From the NCBI GenBank assembly GCA_963815455.1, contig CAWFGO010000003.1:512001-576000 (forward strand): a stretch of DNA of 64,000 nt, written 5' to 3'. The notes below the pieces were generated by a model, which had not been told where the DNA came from, did no database searches, and was given only the letters and a program-made list of their open reading frames with translations. Positions 22,518 through 33,446 of the stretch are shown here, in pieces; position 1 is the first letter of the stretch; every line of letters starts with the position of its first letter. This DNA is from an uncultured Verrucomicrobiae bacterium (GTDB taxonomy: Bacteria > Verrucomicrobiota > Verrucomicrobiia > Chthoniobacterales > UBA10450). The position numbers and the translations under genes are program-made.

Positions 22518-22880
22518 TTACGTCTTGAGTGCGTGCGCTTTTAGTTCCTCGATCGTGACGAACTCCAGCGCGCTGGAATGCGTCGCCTCGAGATCAATGG
22601 GGGCCGCGCGATCGTGATCCAGCGCGGCTTTCCAGCGGGTGACACAGACGCACCATTTGTCACCGGGCTTCAGTCCCGGAAAACCCCACTCCGGGTGCGG
22701 CGTGACCAGATCGTTTCCATCGAGCACGGAGAAATCCAGAAACTCGCGCGTAACTTCCACACAAACCGTGTGCTGACCAATGTCTTCCGGCCCTGTGCGA
22801 CAATAGCCGTCCCGATAGAATCCAGTGAGCGGGTCACGACAACAGCATTTCAATTCCGTTCCGAGAACGTTTGTGGGCAT
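22518..22880 (-). CDS. DUF2237 family protein
   Basis: NVLG...PLTGFYRDGYC, GNDL, FPGLKPGDKWCVC, LEATH. Confidence 0.88.
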   Translation of the reverse strand: MPTNVLGTELKCCCRDPLTGFYRDGYCRTGPEDIGQHTVCVEVTREFLDFSVLDGNDLVTPHPEWGFPGLKPGDKWCVCVTRWKAALDHDRAAPIDLEATHSSALEFVTIEELKAHALKT

Positions 22881-22915
22881 AAGGTTGGAAAACGTTAAAG
22901 GGCTGGACTAGTTCG

Positions 22916-23389
22916 TCACGCGAAATCAGGTTCCTCGGTCGAGATGGTCGATTCGCCGGCGTTTTTCTCTACTGCCTGCTCCATCGCGCGCCAAGCCAGC
23001 ATGGCGCATTTGACCCGCTGCGGAAATTTTCGCACACCGCGCATCACGCGAAGATCGCCGAGCATTTTCGGCGGATCGCTCGTCTCCTGCGTCACGAGTT
23101 CATGAAATGCGCGCAGCATTTCCATCACTTCTTCGCGGCTTTTTCCTTTCAGTTTCATTGTCATTAACGAAGCCGAGGCCTGGCTAATGGCGCAGCCGTG
23201 CCCGGTAAACTTGATGTCCTGCAAGCCGCCTTCCGAATCGAATTTTACCGCCAGATGGATCTCGTCGCCGCAGGCGGGATTATCGCCGTGCACCCGGACT
23301 GCCGCGTCGGGCAATTCTCCAAAGTTCCGCGGCTTCCGCGAATGATCGAGAATGACTTCCTGATATAGCTCTTCCAGTTCCGAGCTCAT
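22916..23389 (-). CDS. sufU: SUF system NifU-family protein SufU
   Basis: LYQEVILDH, NPACGDEI, GCAISQASAS, RVKCAMLAW. Confidence 0.92.
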   Translation of the reverse strand: MSSELEELYQEVILDHSRKPRNFGELPDAAVRVHGDNPACGDEIHLAVKFDSEGGLQDIKFTGHGCAISQASASLMTMKLKGKSREEVMEMLRAFHELVTQETSDPPKMLGDLRVMRGVRKFPQRVKCAMLAWRAMEQAVEKNAGESTISTEEPDFA

Positions 23390-24625
23390 GAGAAGAAACG
23401 CGATCGCGGCGCGGAGGATGTCGATCATCCGATCGATTTCCTCGATCGTGTTATAAAAATAGAAGCTGGCTCGCGTCGTTCCAGGCAGGCCGAACCTGCG
23501 CATCAGCGGCTGATTGCAATGATGCCCGCCGCGCATGGCCAACCCGTGCTGATCCGCGAACGTCGTGAGATCGTGCGGATGCGCAGCCGCCATCACGAAC
23601 CCGACCAGCGCACCGCGCTCCTGGTCGGGTCCGAGAATGCGAATTCCGGGCAACTCCGCCATGCGCTCCATCGCGTGCCGGGTAAGATCGACATCGTGCT
23701 CGAAAATTTCGGGGCGCCCGATCCGCTCGATGTAGTCAATCGCGGCGGCGAGCCCGATTGCGCCGGCAATGTTCGGCGTGCCCGCTTCGAATCGATGCGG
23801 CGCTTTCTTGAACGAGCTTTTTTCCAAGGTAACGCTGACAATCATTTCCCCGCCACCGTGCCAGGGCGGCATGGAATCGAGAATTTCGGCGCGTCCGTAA
23901 AGCGCGCCAATCCCGGTCGGTCCACACATCTTGTGTCCGGAGAAGGCAAGAAAATCGCAGCCCAGCTCCTGCACGTTGACCGGCAAATGTCCCACGCTTT
24001 GGGCCGCATCCACCAGACTCACCGCTCCGACTTCGCGCGCTTTTCGGCACAGATCGGCCACAGGATTGATCGTGCCGAGCGAGTTCGAGACGTGGGTAAA
24101 CCCGAATAATTTCACTTCCGGCGTGAGCAACGACGACAGCCGATCCAAATCGAGAGTGCCATCGTCGCGCACCGGGACAAAACGCAGCTTCGCGCCCACT
24201 CGTTCCGCCAACAGCTGCCACGGCACGAGATTGCTGTGGTGCTCCATTTCGGTGAGCAAAATCGAATCGCCCGCCCGGACAAATTTTTCGCCCCACGCTT
24301 GGGCAACAAGATTGATGCTTTCCGTTGTTCCGCGGGTAAAAACGACCTCATCAGGACTGGCGGCTCCGATGTATGTCGCCACCCGTTGCCGCGCGTTCTC
24401 GTAGGCTTCGGTGGCGCGCGAGCTCAGAACATGAAGTCCGCGATGCACGTTTGCGTTTTCGTGCTCGTAATAATTGCGTAGCGCATCGAGAACGGCCCGG
24501 GGTTTTTGCGAAGTCGCGGCATTATCGAAATAAATCAATGGATGGCCATTGGCCTGCTCCCGGAGGATCGGAAAATCATCCCGGATCGCTTCCCAATCCA
24601 CAGCGCTCGTGGCGGCCTTGTGCAT
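23386..24625 (-). CDS. sufS: cysteine desulfurase SufS
   Basis: YFDNAATSQKP, NVHRG, FSGHKM, FEAGTP, RGGHHCNQP. Appears fused to sufU, probably through a 1-nt error. Confidence 0.93.
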
Positions 24626-24744
24626 AAGGCTAATCTGCTTCAGAGGCAGCGCTTCGCTACTTGATTCATCAATTCATCTTTCCGAAGGTTTTGTCTTGCC
24701 GGTTGAAAGCACCGTTCTCTAAGCTAGCTCGGATCAACTCATAA

Positions 24745-25282
24745 ATGGCTGCGAAAACTAAAGATCGCCCGACGGTGATCGCTTATTGGCTTGTCCCGGC
24801 CAAACCGGAGCGCGAATTCTTCAACGACGTGATTCGAATTCTCGGCGCGCAAATGAAGGCGCCGCGGTTCGAACCTCACATCACGATCTTCACCGCGCCA
24901 GAGGATCGACATCCGCCCAAGAAAATTCTCGAGAGAATCAAAGCCGAGCCGATTCATTTGGGTGTGCGCGGAATCGGAGCGTCATCCGAGTTTCGGAAGA
25001 ACGCTTTTTGTTCGTCTGCGCCCGAGCAAAGCGCTGGAAAAGCTGGTTGTCGATCTTCGCCGGGCGACAAAATCGCGCGGAAAAGCTGCGCCCGCTCCGC
25101 ATGTGAGCTTGCTCTACAAGAAGCTATCCGCCCCCACCCGTCGCAAGCTGACCTCCATGGTGAAGCTTCCCTTTTCGCAAATCGTTTTCGATTCGATCAA
25201 GGCGGTGCGATGCACTTCGCCACTGCGCAACCGGGCCGATATTGAAACCTGGCGCGTCGTCGCCAGCAAATCACTTAAGTAG
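24745..25282 (+). CDS. 2H phosphoesterase (cyclic phosphodiesterase-like), frameshift near 25000
   Basis: Two HxT/S motifs, FEPHITI and PHVSLLY; AYWLVP start. Confidence 0.75.
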
Positions 25283-25347
25283 ACGCAGTTGTCTTGAACG
25301 GCGCCGGGCGATTGAGGCCAATCGCTCCTGCCATTAGTAGTTTGTCG

Positions 25348-26522
25348 ATGGAAGCGACGACGAAAATATTCGGCGAGCACGACGAGGCGACGATCAGGCA
25401 AATCAATACCTGCGTCGCCGCGGGCGGCGCGCGTGGCGTGCTTTGCGCGGACGGGCATAAAGGTTACGCGCAACCGATCGGCGGCGTGGTCGCCTACAAA
25501 GACAAGATTTCGCTCAGCGGCGTCGGGTTCGATATTGCCTGCGGCAATCTCGCGATTTTAACGGACGCGAAACGGGAAGAGATCGCGCCCAGATGGAGCA
25601 GATCATGGACGACGTAGTGCGCGATATTTCGTTTGGTATCGGACGCAAGAGCAAGACACGCATCGATCACGATCTGTTCGACGATCCGGCGTGGCAACTG
25701 AAACCGATCGGTCACTTGAAAGAGTTGGCCCGCGCCCAACTCGGCACGGTCGGCGGCGGGAATCACTATGTCGATCTTTTCGCGGACGAACAGGACCGCA
25801 TCTGGGTCGGCGTGCATTTTGGGTCGCGCGGGCTCGGGCACAAGACGGCTTCTTATTTTCTAAGAGCGGCCGGCGGCAAGGACGGAATGGATGTGCCACC
25901 GGCGGTGGTCGAAGAGCAATCGGAGATCGGTCACGATTACCTGGCCGGAATGCATTTGGCGGGCCGCTATGCCTACGCCGGACGCGAAGCGGTGGCGCGC
26001 CACGTGGTGCGCAATATTCTTGGCGCGAAAATCATCGAAGAGGTCCACAACCATCACAACTTCGCCTGGCGCGAGAAACACGACGGCGAGGAATACTGGG
26101 TGATCCGCAAAGGGGCAACGCCGGCGTTCCCGGGACAGAAGGGTTTCGTCGGCGGCAGCATGGGTGACGACGCCGTGATCATCGAAGGAGTCGATTCGCC
26201 GGTTTCGCGCGAGGCGTTATTCTCCACAGTTCACGGAGCCGGACGCGTCATGTCGCGAACAGCGGCAAAGGGCCGATTCGTAAAGATTGGCAACAAGCGC
26301 ATTCGCCAGGAAGGGCTCGTCCGGCACGACGAAATGATGAAGTGGCTACAGGATCGACAAGTCGTTCTGCGCGGCGGCGATTTGGATGAAGCACCCCAGG
26401 CTTATCGGCGTCTTCCGGATGTTCTCGCGGCCCATGCGGGCACGATTCGAATCCTGCACAGATTGCGCCCGCTCGGTGTCGCCATGGCCGGTCGCGATAT
26501 TGTCGATCCGTATAAAGATTAG
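25348..26522 (+). CDS. rtcB: RNA ligase RtcB (frameshift near 25590)
   Basis: ADGHKGYAQPIGG, VGFDIACG, LGTVGGGNHY, HFGSRG, NHHN, RKGATP, HGAGR, DEAPQAY. Confidence 0.92.
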
Positions 26523-28396
26523 CCCGCGGGCGACGGCGCGGGCGTTGCCGTGGCTTTTGGCGCGGGTGTTTGTTTGTGGCCGGAGTTGGTGAAGTTGTTG
26601 GCGAAGGAGTCGGAGAAGCCGGCGCCAGTTTGAGTTTAGCTTCTTCGAATAACTTCTTTTCTTCGGTGTAAAGCGAGCCTCCCTGCGCGGCCTCGATGTA
26701 TTCCTTCGCCATCTCGGTTTCATTCTCATCGAGCAAAAGCGTGGCGAAATAAACCGCGGCGTGAGGATCATGTAATTTGTCGGCCGGTAATTTTCGCATG
26801 ATTTCGAGTCCTTCGGTGGTGCGGCCCAGGCCGTAGAGGGCGAAGGCGTAGGTCACGGCGCAGTTCACATTTTCCGGCGCGCGATCGTAAGCCTCCTTGG
26901 CCAGCTCCTGAGCTTGTTGAGTATTATGATCGATGTTCAGGCCCAGCCGGGCGAGGTCCGCGGTGATCCCGATTTCGTTAGGTGAATTTTCGTGCAACCT
27001 TTGGAGCACGTCGTAGAGCTTGCGCAGTTCGTTGCTTTTTCGATAGATCCGGTAGAGCGCATCGAGCGCTTCCCGGCGAGTCGACGGGTTCCTGGAAACG
27101 CTGGCCCAGAGCTGGGTCGCTTCAATGGAGAGATTCCACCGAGTGGCAAGCCGCGCCAGATTTGCTTCGCGTTCCGGCCGGCCACTGGTTGCGCTTTCGG
27201 CCGAACGCCAGAGCCGGTCGGATTCGGCATCGGCCACGGTCTGGCGGGCCTGGCGCGCGGCATAGGACTGATAGGCGAGGCGCAAATAATCCTGCTCGGC
27301 CCATGAGCTGGTGCGGGTCCAGCGCTTCAGCCGGGACCAGTTTTTCATGTGAGCGAACGCCTCGGCCACGGCGATGGCCACCGGAGGACGCGTGGTGATT
27401 TCGGAAGGCAGTTTGTCCACCCACTTGAGCACTTCGGCGGCCTGTTTGTTGTTGTTCATCCAATCCATCAGAAGCGCGAGATCGGATGGATTGCGCGCGG
27501 CCACGGGCTTCACCTTTTCCAGCAGCGCATCGAATTTTTTCTGGTCGAGCTTGAGATACAAATTCAGGCAAAGCAGGTAATCGGCAAATGTGACCTCCTG
27601 CGACATTTGAAGTTCCTGGGCAAATTTGTCCGCTTCCTCGAGATCGCTGCGATCGATGGCGTCATTGAGCAAAGCGCGCGAGCGAACCGGTACGGAAAGT
27701 TTGTGACTGCCGGAGCCGCTCGAGGGTTTCCCGCGCGCTGGCGCTCTTTTCCGGGTCCGACGAACGAATCTGCAACGCGGCGAGATTGAATTGGTAGACA
27801 TCGTTAGCGGGTTCCTGTTTGGCCGCCTCCGCGAATTGTCGCTCCTGCTCCGCGACATTTCCCTCGGCCTGGGCCAGCCACCCGGCCACGACGTGAAAGC
27901 GGGCCCGGTCCCGATCGCTTTGTTCGACGTTGCCCAGAGCGTTCCGCGCAGTATCGAGATGACCGAAACGCAACGCGGCCGAAGCGAGATTAAGCTGGGC
28001 GTCGAGATCGTGCGGATGCAGCCGGGCAATTTGCGCCCGCCAGGAAACCGCTTCCTCGAGATTCCGTTTTTCGGCCGCTTCGGCCAGGATATAAAAGGCC
28101 GGTAACGAATCGCGATGAAGCTCCAGCACGTCGCGCGCGGTCTGGGCGGCCTGGGGCAGCTTCCCCTGCTCCAACATTGCGGCCGCCCGTTGAAGTAAAC
28201 TCCGCTCCCGCCAGCCGCTGTAGAATTTCGAGCCGTAACTGACGAGAAAAAAACCGGCCACGAGAACGAAGACAATCACGCTCACCAAAAGCACCGCGCG
28301 CGCCGGGGACAAATCGCGCCGGAGAATGTCCCACGATTCTCCAGGAAGAGATCGGATCCTCCGCTTACGGCGAACACGAACAATTTTCTCGGCCAT
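26519..28396 (-). CDS. membrane-anchored TPR protein with Pro/Thr-rich tail (frameshifted)
   Basis: N-terminal TM helix in ORF 27662..28396; TPR-like helices continue in ORF 26248..28275 after about 27680. The 3' end is approximate. Confidence 0.7.
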
Positions 28397-28428
28397 TTGT
28401 TGCCCTTTCTATGCTAGGGGCGGAGTGA

Positions 28429-30567
28429 AATGCAACCCACACGACGGAGTATTGGCACTACGATGATGCCGGCAATCTCTCGAGCCGCCCCACCCGCGCC
28501 GGCCAGGTCGCGACGTTTGCTTACGATAATCGCAATCGTCAGACCAGCGCGGTCTGGAGCGATTCGACCCCGCGGGTGGACAAAACTTACGATGCCGTTG
28601 GCCGGCTCCTCGTCGAGATCAGCAGTGTAAGCTGTATCAGCGACACCTACGATGCCGCCGGACGCCTCACCAGCGAGACGCAACAAATCTTGCCCAATAA
28701 CAAGCCTAAATCGGTCATCTATCATTATGATGGGAGTCCGGGTAGCCCCGGGAAAGATGGGCTCCGGACAAGCGTCGATTATCCCTACGGCAGCTCCGTG
28801 GCTTACGGCTATTCTGGACGGAATCAGATCAACGCAATCACGTCCGGCGCGATCAACGCGACTTACGTTTACGATTTAGATGGGAACGAAAGCACCCGGG
28901 GACTGAACAACGGCGCAAGCGAGAGCTGCGGCTACAACGATGTCGATCATCTTACGTCGTTGAATCATACAGCGAATAGCGCGAGCTTTTCCCGGTTCGA
29001 TTACACCCACAACAAAGTGAACGATTGTCTGACCCGGACGGAGACAGCTGCCGGCGTGGCGAAGCTGGACAAATTTGCCTACGATCTGGATGATCAGGTG
29101 ACCGAGGCGCGATATAACGTCGACGAGCAGCACAGCACCCAGGATCGGCTCTGCAATTATGCTTACGATGCGACCGGGAACCGGATGACCATGAACGACA
29201 ACGTGAACGGGAATGTGAGTTATGCGGTTAACAATTTGAACCAGTACACCGCCGCCGGGGGCGGATCGATGCAGTATGATCTCAATGGCAATCTCAACTC
29301 GGCCACCGTGGCGGGCACGAATTGGACTTACCTTTACGATGCCCAAAACCGGTTGATCAGCGCGATCAGCCCGACCGAACAGGTCGATTTCGCTTACGAT
29401 CCCAAGAACCGGTGCGTGAGCCGGACGGTCTCGACGGGGAACTTCAGCACGGTGACCTATTTTTATTATGACGGCTGGGAAATGATCGAAGAACACGACG
29501 CCAGTGCCGCGTTGCTGGCCCGCTACATTCACGGCGCGCGCGAGGACGAAATGATCGCCAAGATCGACAGCTACGGCACGGTCTATTATCACACCGATGC
29601 CGAAGGCAGCGTGGCGGCGTTGACCGACGCCAGCGGCAACGTGATCGAGCGTTACACCTACGATGCATTCGGTGCAGCGACCGTTAAGGACGCCAACGGG
29701 ACAGTGCGACCCGCTGGAACTGCCTACGGGAATCGGTTTACTTTCACCGGAAGAGAATGGTTGCCCGACCTCGGCCTGTACGATTATCGCAATCGCGTCT
29801 ATTCACCTGAGCTCGGCCGGTTTCTCCAAACTGATCCCAAGAGCTTCGACGCCGATCCAAGCAATCTCTATCGCTATTGCGGCAATGAGCCAATCGACCG
29901 GACGGATCCGATGGGGCTGGAGGGAGACAATTTGGCGGGCGGTTATATCAACCAGTTTTATCGGCAGTCCGAGCAGGAACACACCGAGCCGGATACCCGG
30001 ACCGCTTTGGAAAGAAGCCGTGTTTACGAAGGTATCCGGGAACAGAATCTGACCGCTAGGCAAACGCAGGCTCGTGAACAGGCAAAATCCGTTAGAATTG
30101 TGGTTCGGACCGAAATTCAAGACAATTCTGTTGGACAGGCTGGAATGAAGACAAAACAGGTAGTTAATCTCAATCAAGACGGCACATACACGTCTTCATC
30201 GTCTGCTGGAACCACGAACATCGGCATTACCAGAGTTAAAGGCGAATTCCACTCGTCGACCAATGTAACGTCCGGAGGAGCGCCCGGGGCTTACACCGTT
30301 GAAATGAGAGGATACGCTGTATCGCGTCCTCTAATGTTGGCCACGGGACCAAGCGGCTATGTCCTCTTTTCAATCCACTATTCTGTAAATGTGTCGGTGA
30401 ATTTTTCGAACCATACCGCGGTCGGCCACGGCCTTATTAGCGGATATCCGTCTTCCTACATCCGCGTGGGCGGGCAACGACTGTTTCATCACCAGGAAGG
30501 GCGAATACCTTTGGTCGATCTGCTGCCGGGCAGGGAGGTGCCGGTTGAAGGCCACACTGGGTGGTGA
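28429..30567 (+). CDS. Rhs/YD-repeat protein 1, N-terminally truncated, C-terminal domain CT1
   Basis: Many YD repeats; core FTFTGREW...YDYRNR...GRFLQTDP...NLYRYC...TDPMGL. The frame opens at 28429 mid-repeat; the first start codon is GTG 28576. Confidence 0.9.
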   Translation, partial: NATHTTEYWHYDDAGNLSSRPTRAGQVATFAYDNRNRQTSAVWSDSTPRVDKTYDAVGRLLVEISSVSCISDTYDAAGRLTSETQQILPNNKPKSVIYHYDGSPGSPGKDGLRTSVDYPYGSSVAYGYSGRNQINAITSGAINATYVYDLDGNESTRGLNNGASESCGYNDVDHLTSLNHTANSASFSRFDYTHNKVNDCLTRTETAAGVAKLDKFAYDLDDQVTEARYNVDEQHSTQDRLCNYAYDATGNRMTMNDNVNGNVSYAVNNLNQYTAAGGGSMQYDLNGNLNSATVAGTNWTYLYDAQNRLISAISPTEQVDFAYDPKNRCVSRTVSTGNFSTVTYFYYDGWEMIEEHDASAALLARYIHGAREDEMIAKIDSYGTVYYHTDAEGSVAALTDASGNVIERYTYDAFGAATVKDANGTVRPAGTAYGNRFTFTGREWLPDLGLYDYRNRVYSPELGRFLQTDPKSFDADPSNLYRYCGNEPIDRTDPMGLEGDNLAGGYINQFYRQSEQEHTEPDTRTALERSRVYEGIREQNLTARQTQAREQAKSVRIVVRTEIQDNSVGQAGMKTKQVVNLNQDGTYTSSSSAGTTNIGITRVKGEFHSSTNVTSGGAPGAYTVEMRGYAVSRPLMLATGPSGYVLFSIHYSVNVSVNFSNHTAVGHGLISGYPSSYIRVGGQRLFHHQEGRIPLVDLLPGREVPVEGHTGW

Positions 30568-30571
30568 TTCT

Positions 30572-31288
30572 ATGATCGCAGCCTTGTTGCCGCTTGTTTC
30601 GACGGTGGTGTTTTTTGGCCTTTTGGGTGCCGCGATCGGCTTTGTCTGCTACAAAAAGATTGGCCTGCAACTGGCAATAAGCAGTACGTTGAGCTTGCTA
30701 GTCTTTATAGCGATCCAATTCAAAGCGGGTACCCTATCGTTCAAGGCGTCGCTGCTGACTAATTTTCTAGGAAGTGCAGTGTATCTCCTAGCTCCTTTTG
30801 TAATTTTCTGCCTGTTACCAACCACGGCAGTGTCAGTTCTAGTGGGACATTGGCGGAGGAACCAGCGCTCTGGCGCTGAACCCCAGGCGCAGATCGTTCC
30901 TCGCAACGGGCACAATCTAATTTGGAGCGGCAGAATGAAAAAGGCTCTCTCGGCCTTATCCGTCTCCTATCTTGTTTACGCTTTGCTCACGTCGTGTTTC
31001 GTGGTTTTTTTTATTCTTCGCGCGTACGGCGTAATGTCATCTGCGGCCGCCGAGCAACCGCTTCCGATTGCGGCCTGGCTTTTTTTTGGTGCCGTGAGTT
31101 TTCTGACGGCGATGTTGATTGCCATGCTGTTTTTACTTGGGTATTTTCTCGCTGTCAGACGATACTGGAAGGCGGCGCTCGTAATGGCAGCGTTTTCGGT
31201 TCTGAGCATGCCGATCGGTACAATACTGGGCATATTGTCGATTTACGTTCTGACTCGCCCCCAGGTTGCCTCCGAGTTTACGAGTTGA
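30572..31288 (+). CDS. multi-TM protein, putative immunity for Rhs-CT1
   Basis: Starts 5 nt after the Rhs stop; about 6-7 hydrophobic segments. May be two joined small membrane modules (internal Met at 30935). Confidence 0.6.
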   Translation: MIAALLPLVSTVVFFGLLGAAIGFVCYKKIGLQLAISSTLSLLVFIAIQFKAGTLSFKASLLTNFLGSAVYLLAPFVIFCLLPTTAVSVLVGHWRRNQRSGAEPQAQIVPRNGHNLIWSGRMKKALSALSVSYLVYALLTSCFVVFFILRAYGVMSSAAAEQPLPIAAWLFFGAVSFLTAMLIAMLFLLGYFLAVRRYWKAALVMAAFSVLSMPIGTILGILSIYVLTRPQVASEFTS

Positions 31289-31359
31289 AGGCGAGCGATC
31301 GATGAAGGGGTCTGCCAGAGAATTTTAATAGGGTCAGTCATCAAAATCTTAACGGAAGG

Positions 31360-32866
31360 GAACGATTGCCTGACCCGGACCGAAACGGCCGCCGGTGTGG
31401 CGAAGCTGGATAAGTTTGCCTACGATCTGGACGATCAGGTGACCGAGGCGCGCTATAATTACGATGAGCAGCACGAAACCCAGGATCGACTCTGCAATTA
31501 CGCCTACGACCCGACCGGGAACCGGATGACCATGAACGACGACCTGAACGGGAATGTGAGTTATGAGGTTAACAATTTGAACCAGTACACCGCGGCCGGG
31601 GGCGGCTCGATGCAGTATGATCTCAATGGCAATCTCACATCGGCGACCGTGGCGGGCACGAACTGGACTTACCTTTACGATGCCCAAAACCGGTTGACCA
31701 GCGCGATCAGCCCGGCCGAGCAGGTCGATTTCGCATACGATCCCAAGAACCGCTGCGTGAGCCGGGCCGTTTCGACGGGCTCAATCCAAGGGCCGACGAT
31801 GTCTTTCTATTACGATGGGTGGGATTTGATTGAGGAGTATTCGGGGGCCGTGCTCCAGGCCCGCTACGTGCACGGGGTGCGCGAGGACGAAATGATCGCC
31901 AAGATCGACAGCTACGGCACGGTCTATTATCACACCGATGCCGAAGGCAGCGTGGTCGCGCTGACCAATTCGAGTGGCAACGTGATCGAGCGGTACAAAT
32001 ACGACGCGTTCGGCAAAGCGACGATTCTCGATCCCTCGTCACTTGTCACTCGTCCCTCGTCACTGTTTGGTAATCGCTTCACCTTCACCGGAAGGGAATG
32101 GTTGCCCGACCTCGGTTTGTACGATTACAGGAACCGCGCGTATTCACCCGAGCTGGGTCGGTTCCTCCAAACCGATCCCAAGAGCTTCGACGCCGATCCG
32201 AGCAATCTCTATCGCTACTGCGGTAATGAGCCCATCGATCGCACCGATCCGATGGGTTTGGAAGAGAACAACTACGGCTACGTGAATCCGTTCTACCGGC
32301 AGTCTGAGCATCTGAGTGCGTCAGAGCAGATTGAGCGAAACGAATTAGCAAACCAGAACAGCATCGCCGGCGAGCGCGCCTTTCAAGCAATCCAAGCCGA
32401 GCGATACGCAAGAGCCGAATCCGCCAGTCGAGGTGGGGGAGGCTTTGCCGGCGGCGGTGGAGTAATTTCGGCCCGCCAGAACATGGCTTATCTGGTGTAC
32501 CGAGGGAGGTGGACCGAGGATGACAAGGAACATCTGGAACACGCTTGGAATGAAAAATACCAAGAATGGAAGGAAGATGCTATAGAACACGAAATCCGCC
32601 CAGTTCACCGCTTCGGGCTAGTCTTTTTTGGGGTAACAAATGTTTCGCGTCGCGAATTGTCGCTATGGCAACAACTCGTAGCTGCCATGGTCGGTCGTGG
32701 GTCAAAGCCTCAGGATGATAAAAAAACGCTGCGGGATTTGATGCAAAAGCGGGAGAGCATCAAAAACAAAAATCGGGAGTTTCGCACGGGAAAGACCGAC
32801 CAACGTCTTAGGGAAAGATTGAAGCAGATTGAAAAGGATCCGCAATCGATGGATCCCGAAGACTGA
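31360..32866 (+). CDS. orphan Rhs module 2 (core plus CT2)
   Basis: DNA similarity to Rhs1 begins near 31360 (equivalent to about 29020); same core and DPMGL; different CT. The ORF starts at GTG 31397. Confidence 0.88.
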
Positions 32867-32868
32867 CT

Positions 32869-33444
32869 ATGAGCTCCGACGATTGCAAGGTACTCCACAG
32901 AGAACTAGCGGCGGCTGAGGCACGAGGTGACTTTCGAGGGCGGATCAAAGCTTGTCGCAGAGCAATGACAACCGAGTTGGATTCAAATCCAAAAAATCTC
33001 TGGTTCTTCGGAATAAAACTAGTTGCTTGTTTGCTCGCCGACCAAGACCAGCCCAGCGACAAGGATGTTAATGAGGCAATCCAAGTAATGAATCGAATGC
33101 TAACAGTGTTCACAAGGGAAAAACAGCCCAAATACTGGGCGCACGTGCACTTACAGCTCGGAAGGGCTGTCCGCGATCCGAAAGAAGCATTGCTGCACTA
33201 CGAGAAAGCCTTGGAGGTTTTTACAAAAGAAAAGCACCCCGAAGATTGGGCTTTGGCAAAAAAAGCCGCAGGCGAAGTATATTACCACCTTGCTGATTCA
33301 ATCCCTGAACTCAACAAATCGCTAGACTATCATCGCGACGCCCTCACGGTCTTTACGCCGGAAAAATATCCAGATGAGGGTTTGGTCGAGGCGATTGAAA
33401 TGATCGAAAGTGCCATCGCGAAGGCGGGTTCGAGGTCGACTTGA
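32869..33444 (+). CDS. TPR-like protein, putative immunity for Rhs-CT2
   Basis: Repeats of the form ALEVFTKEKHPEDWA and ALTVFTPEKYP; starts 2 nt after the CT2 stop. Confidence 0.65.
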   Translation: MSSDDCKVLHRELAAAEARGDFRGRIKACRRAMTTELDSNPKNLWFFGIKLVACLLADQDQPSDKDVNEAIQVMNRMLTVFTREKQPKYWAHVHLQLGRAVRDPKEALLHYEKALEVFTKEKHPEDWALAKKAAGEVYYHLADSIPELNKSLDYHRDALTVFTPEKYPDEGLVEAIEMIESAIAKAGSRST

Positions 33445-33446
33445 TG

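Noticed and set aside
22916..24625. Apparent SufS-SufU fusion (569 aa)
   Set aside because: Removing one base near 23400 gives ...AIRFFS-TGA with the usual ATGA overlap onto sufU. Given the indel rate in this window it is most likely an artefact; reads would decide.
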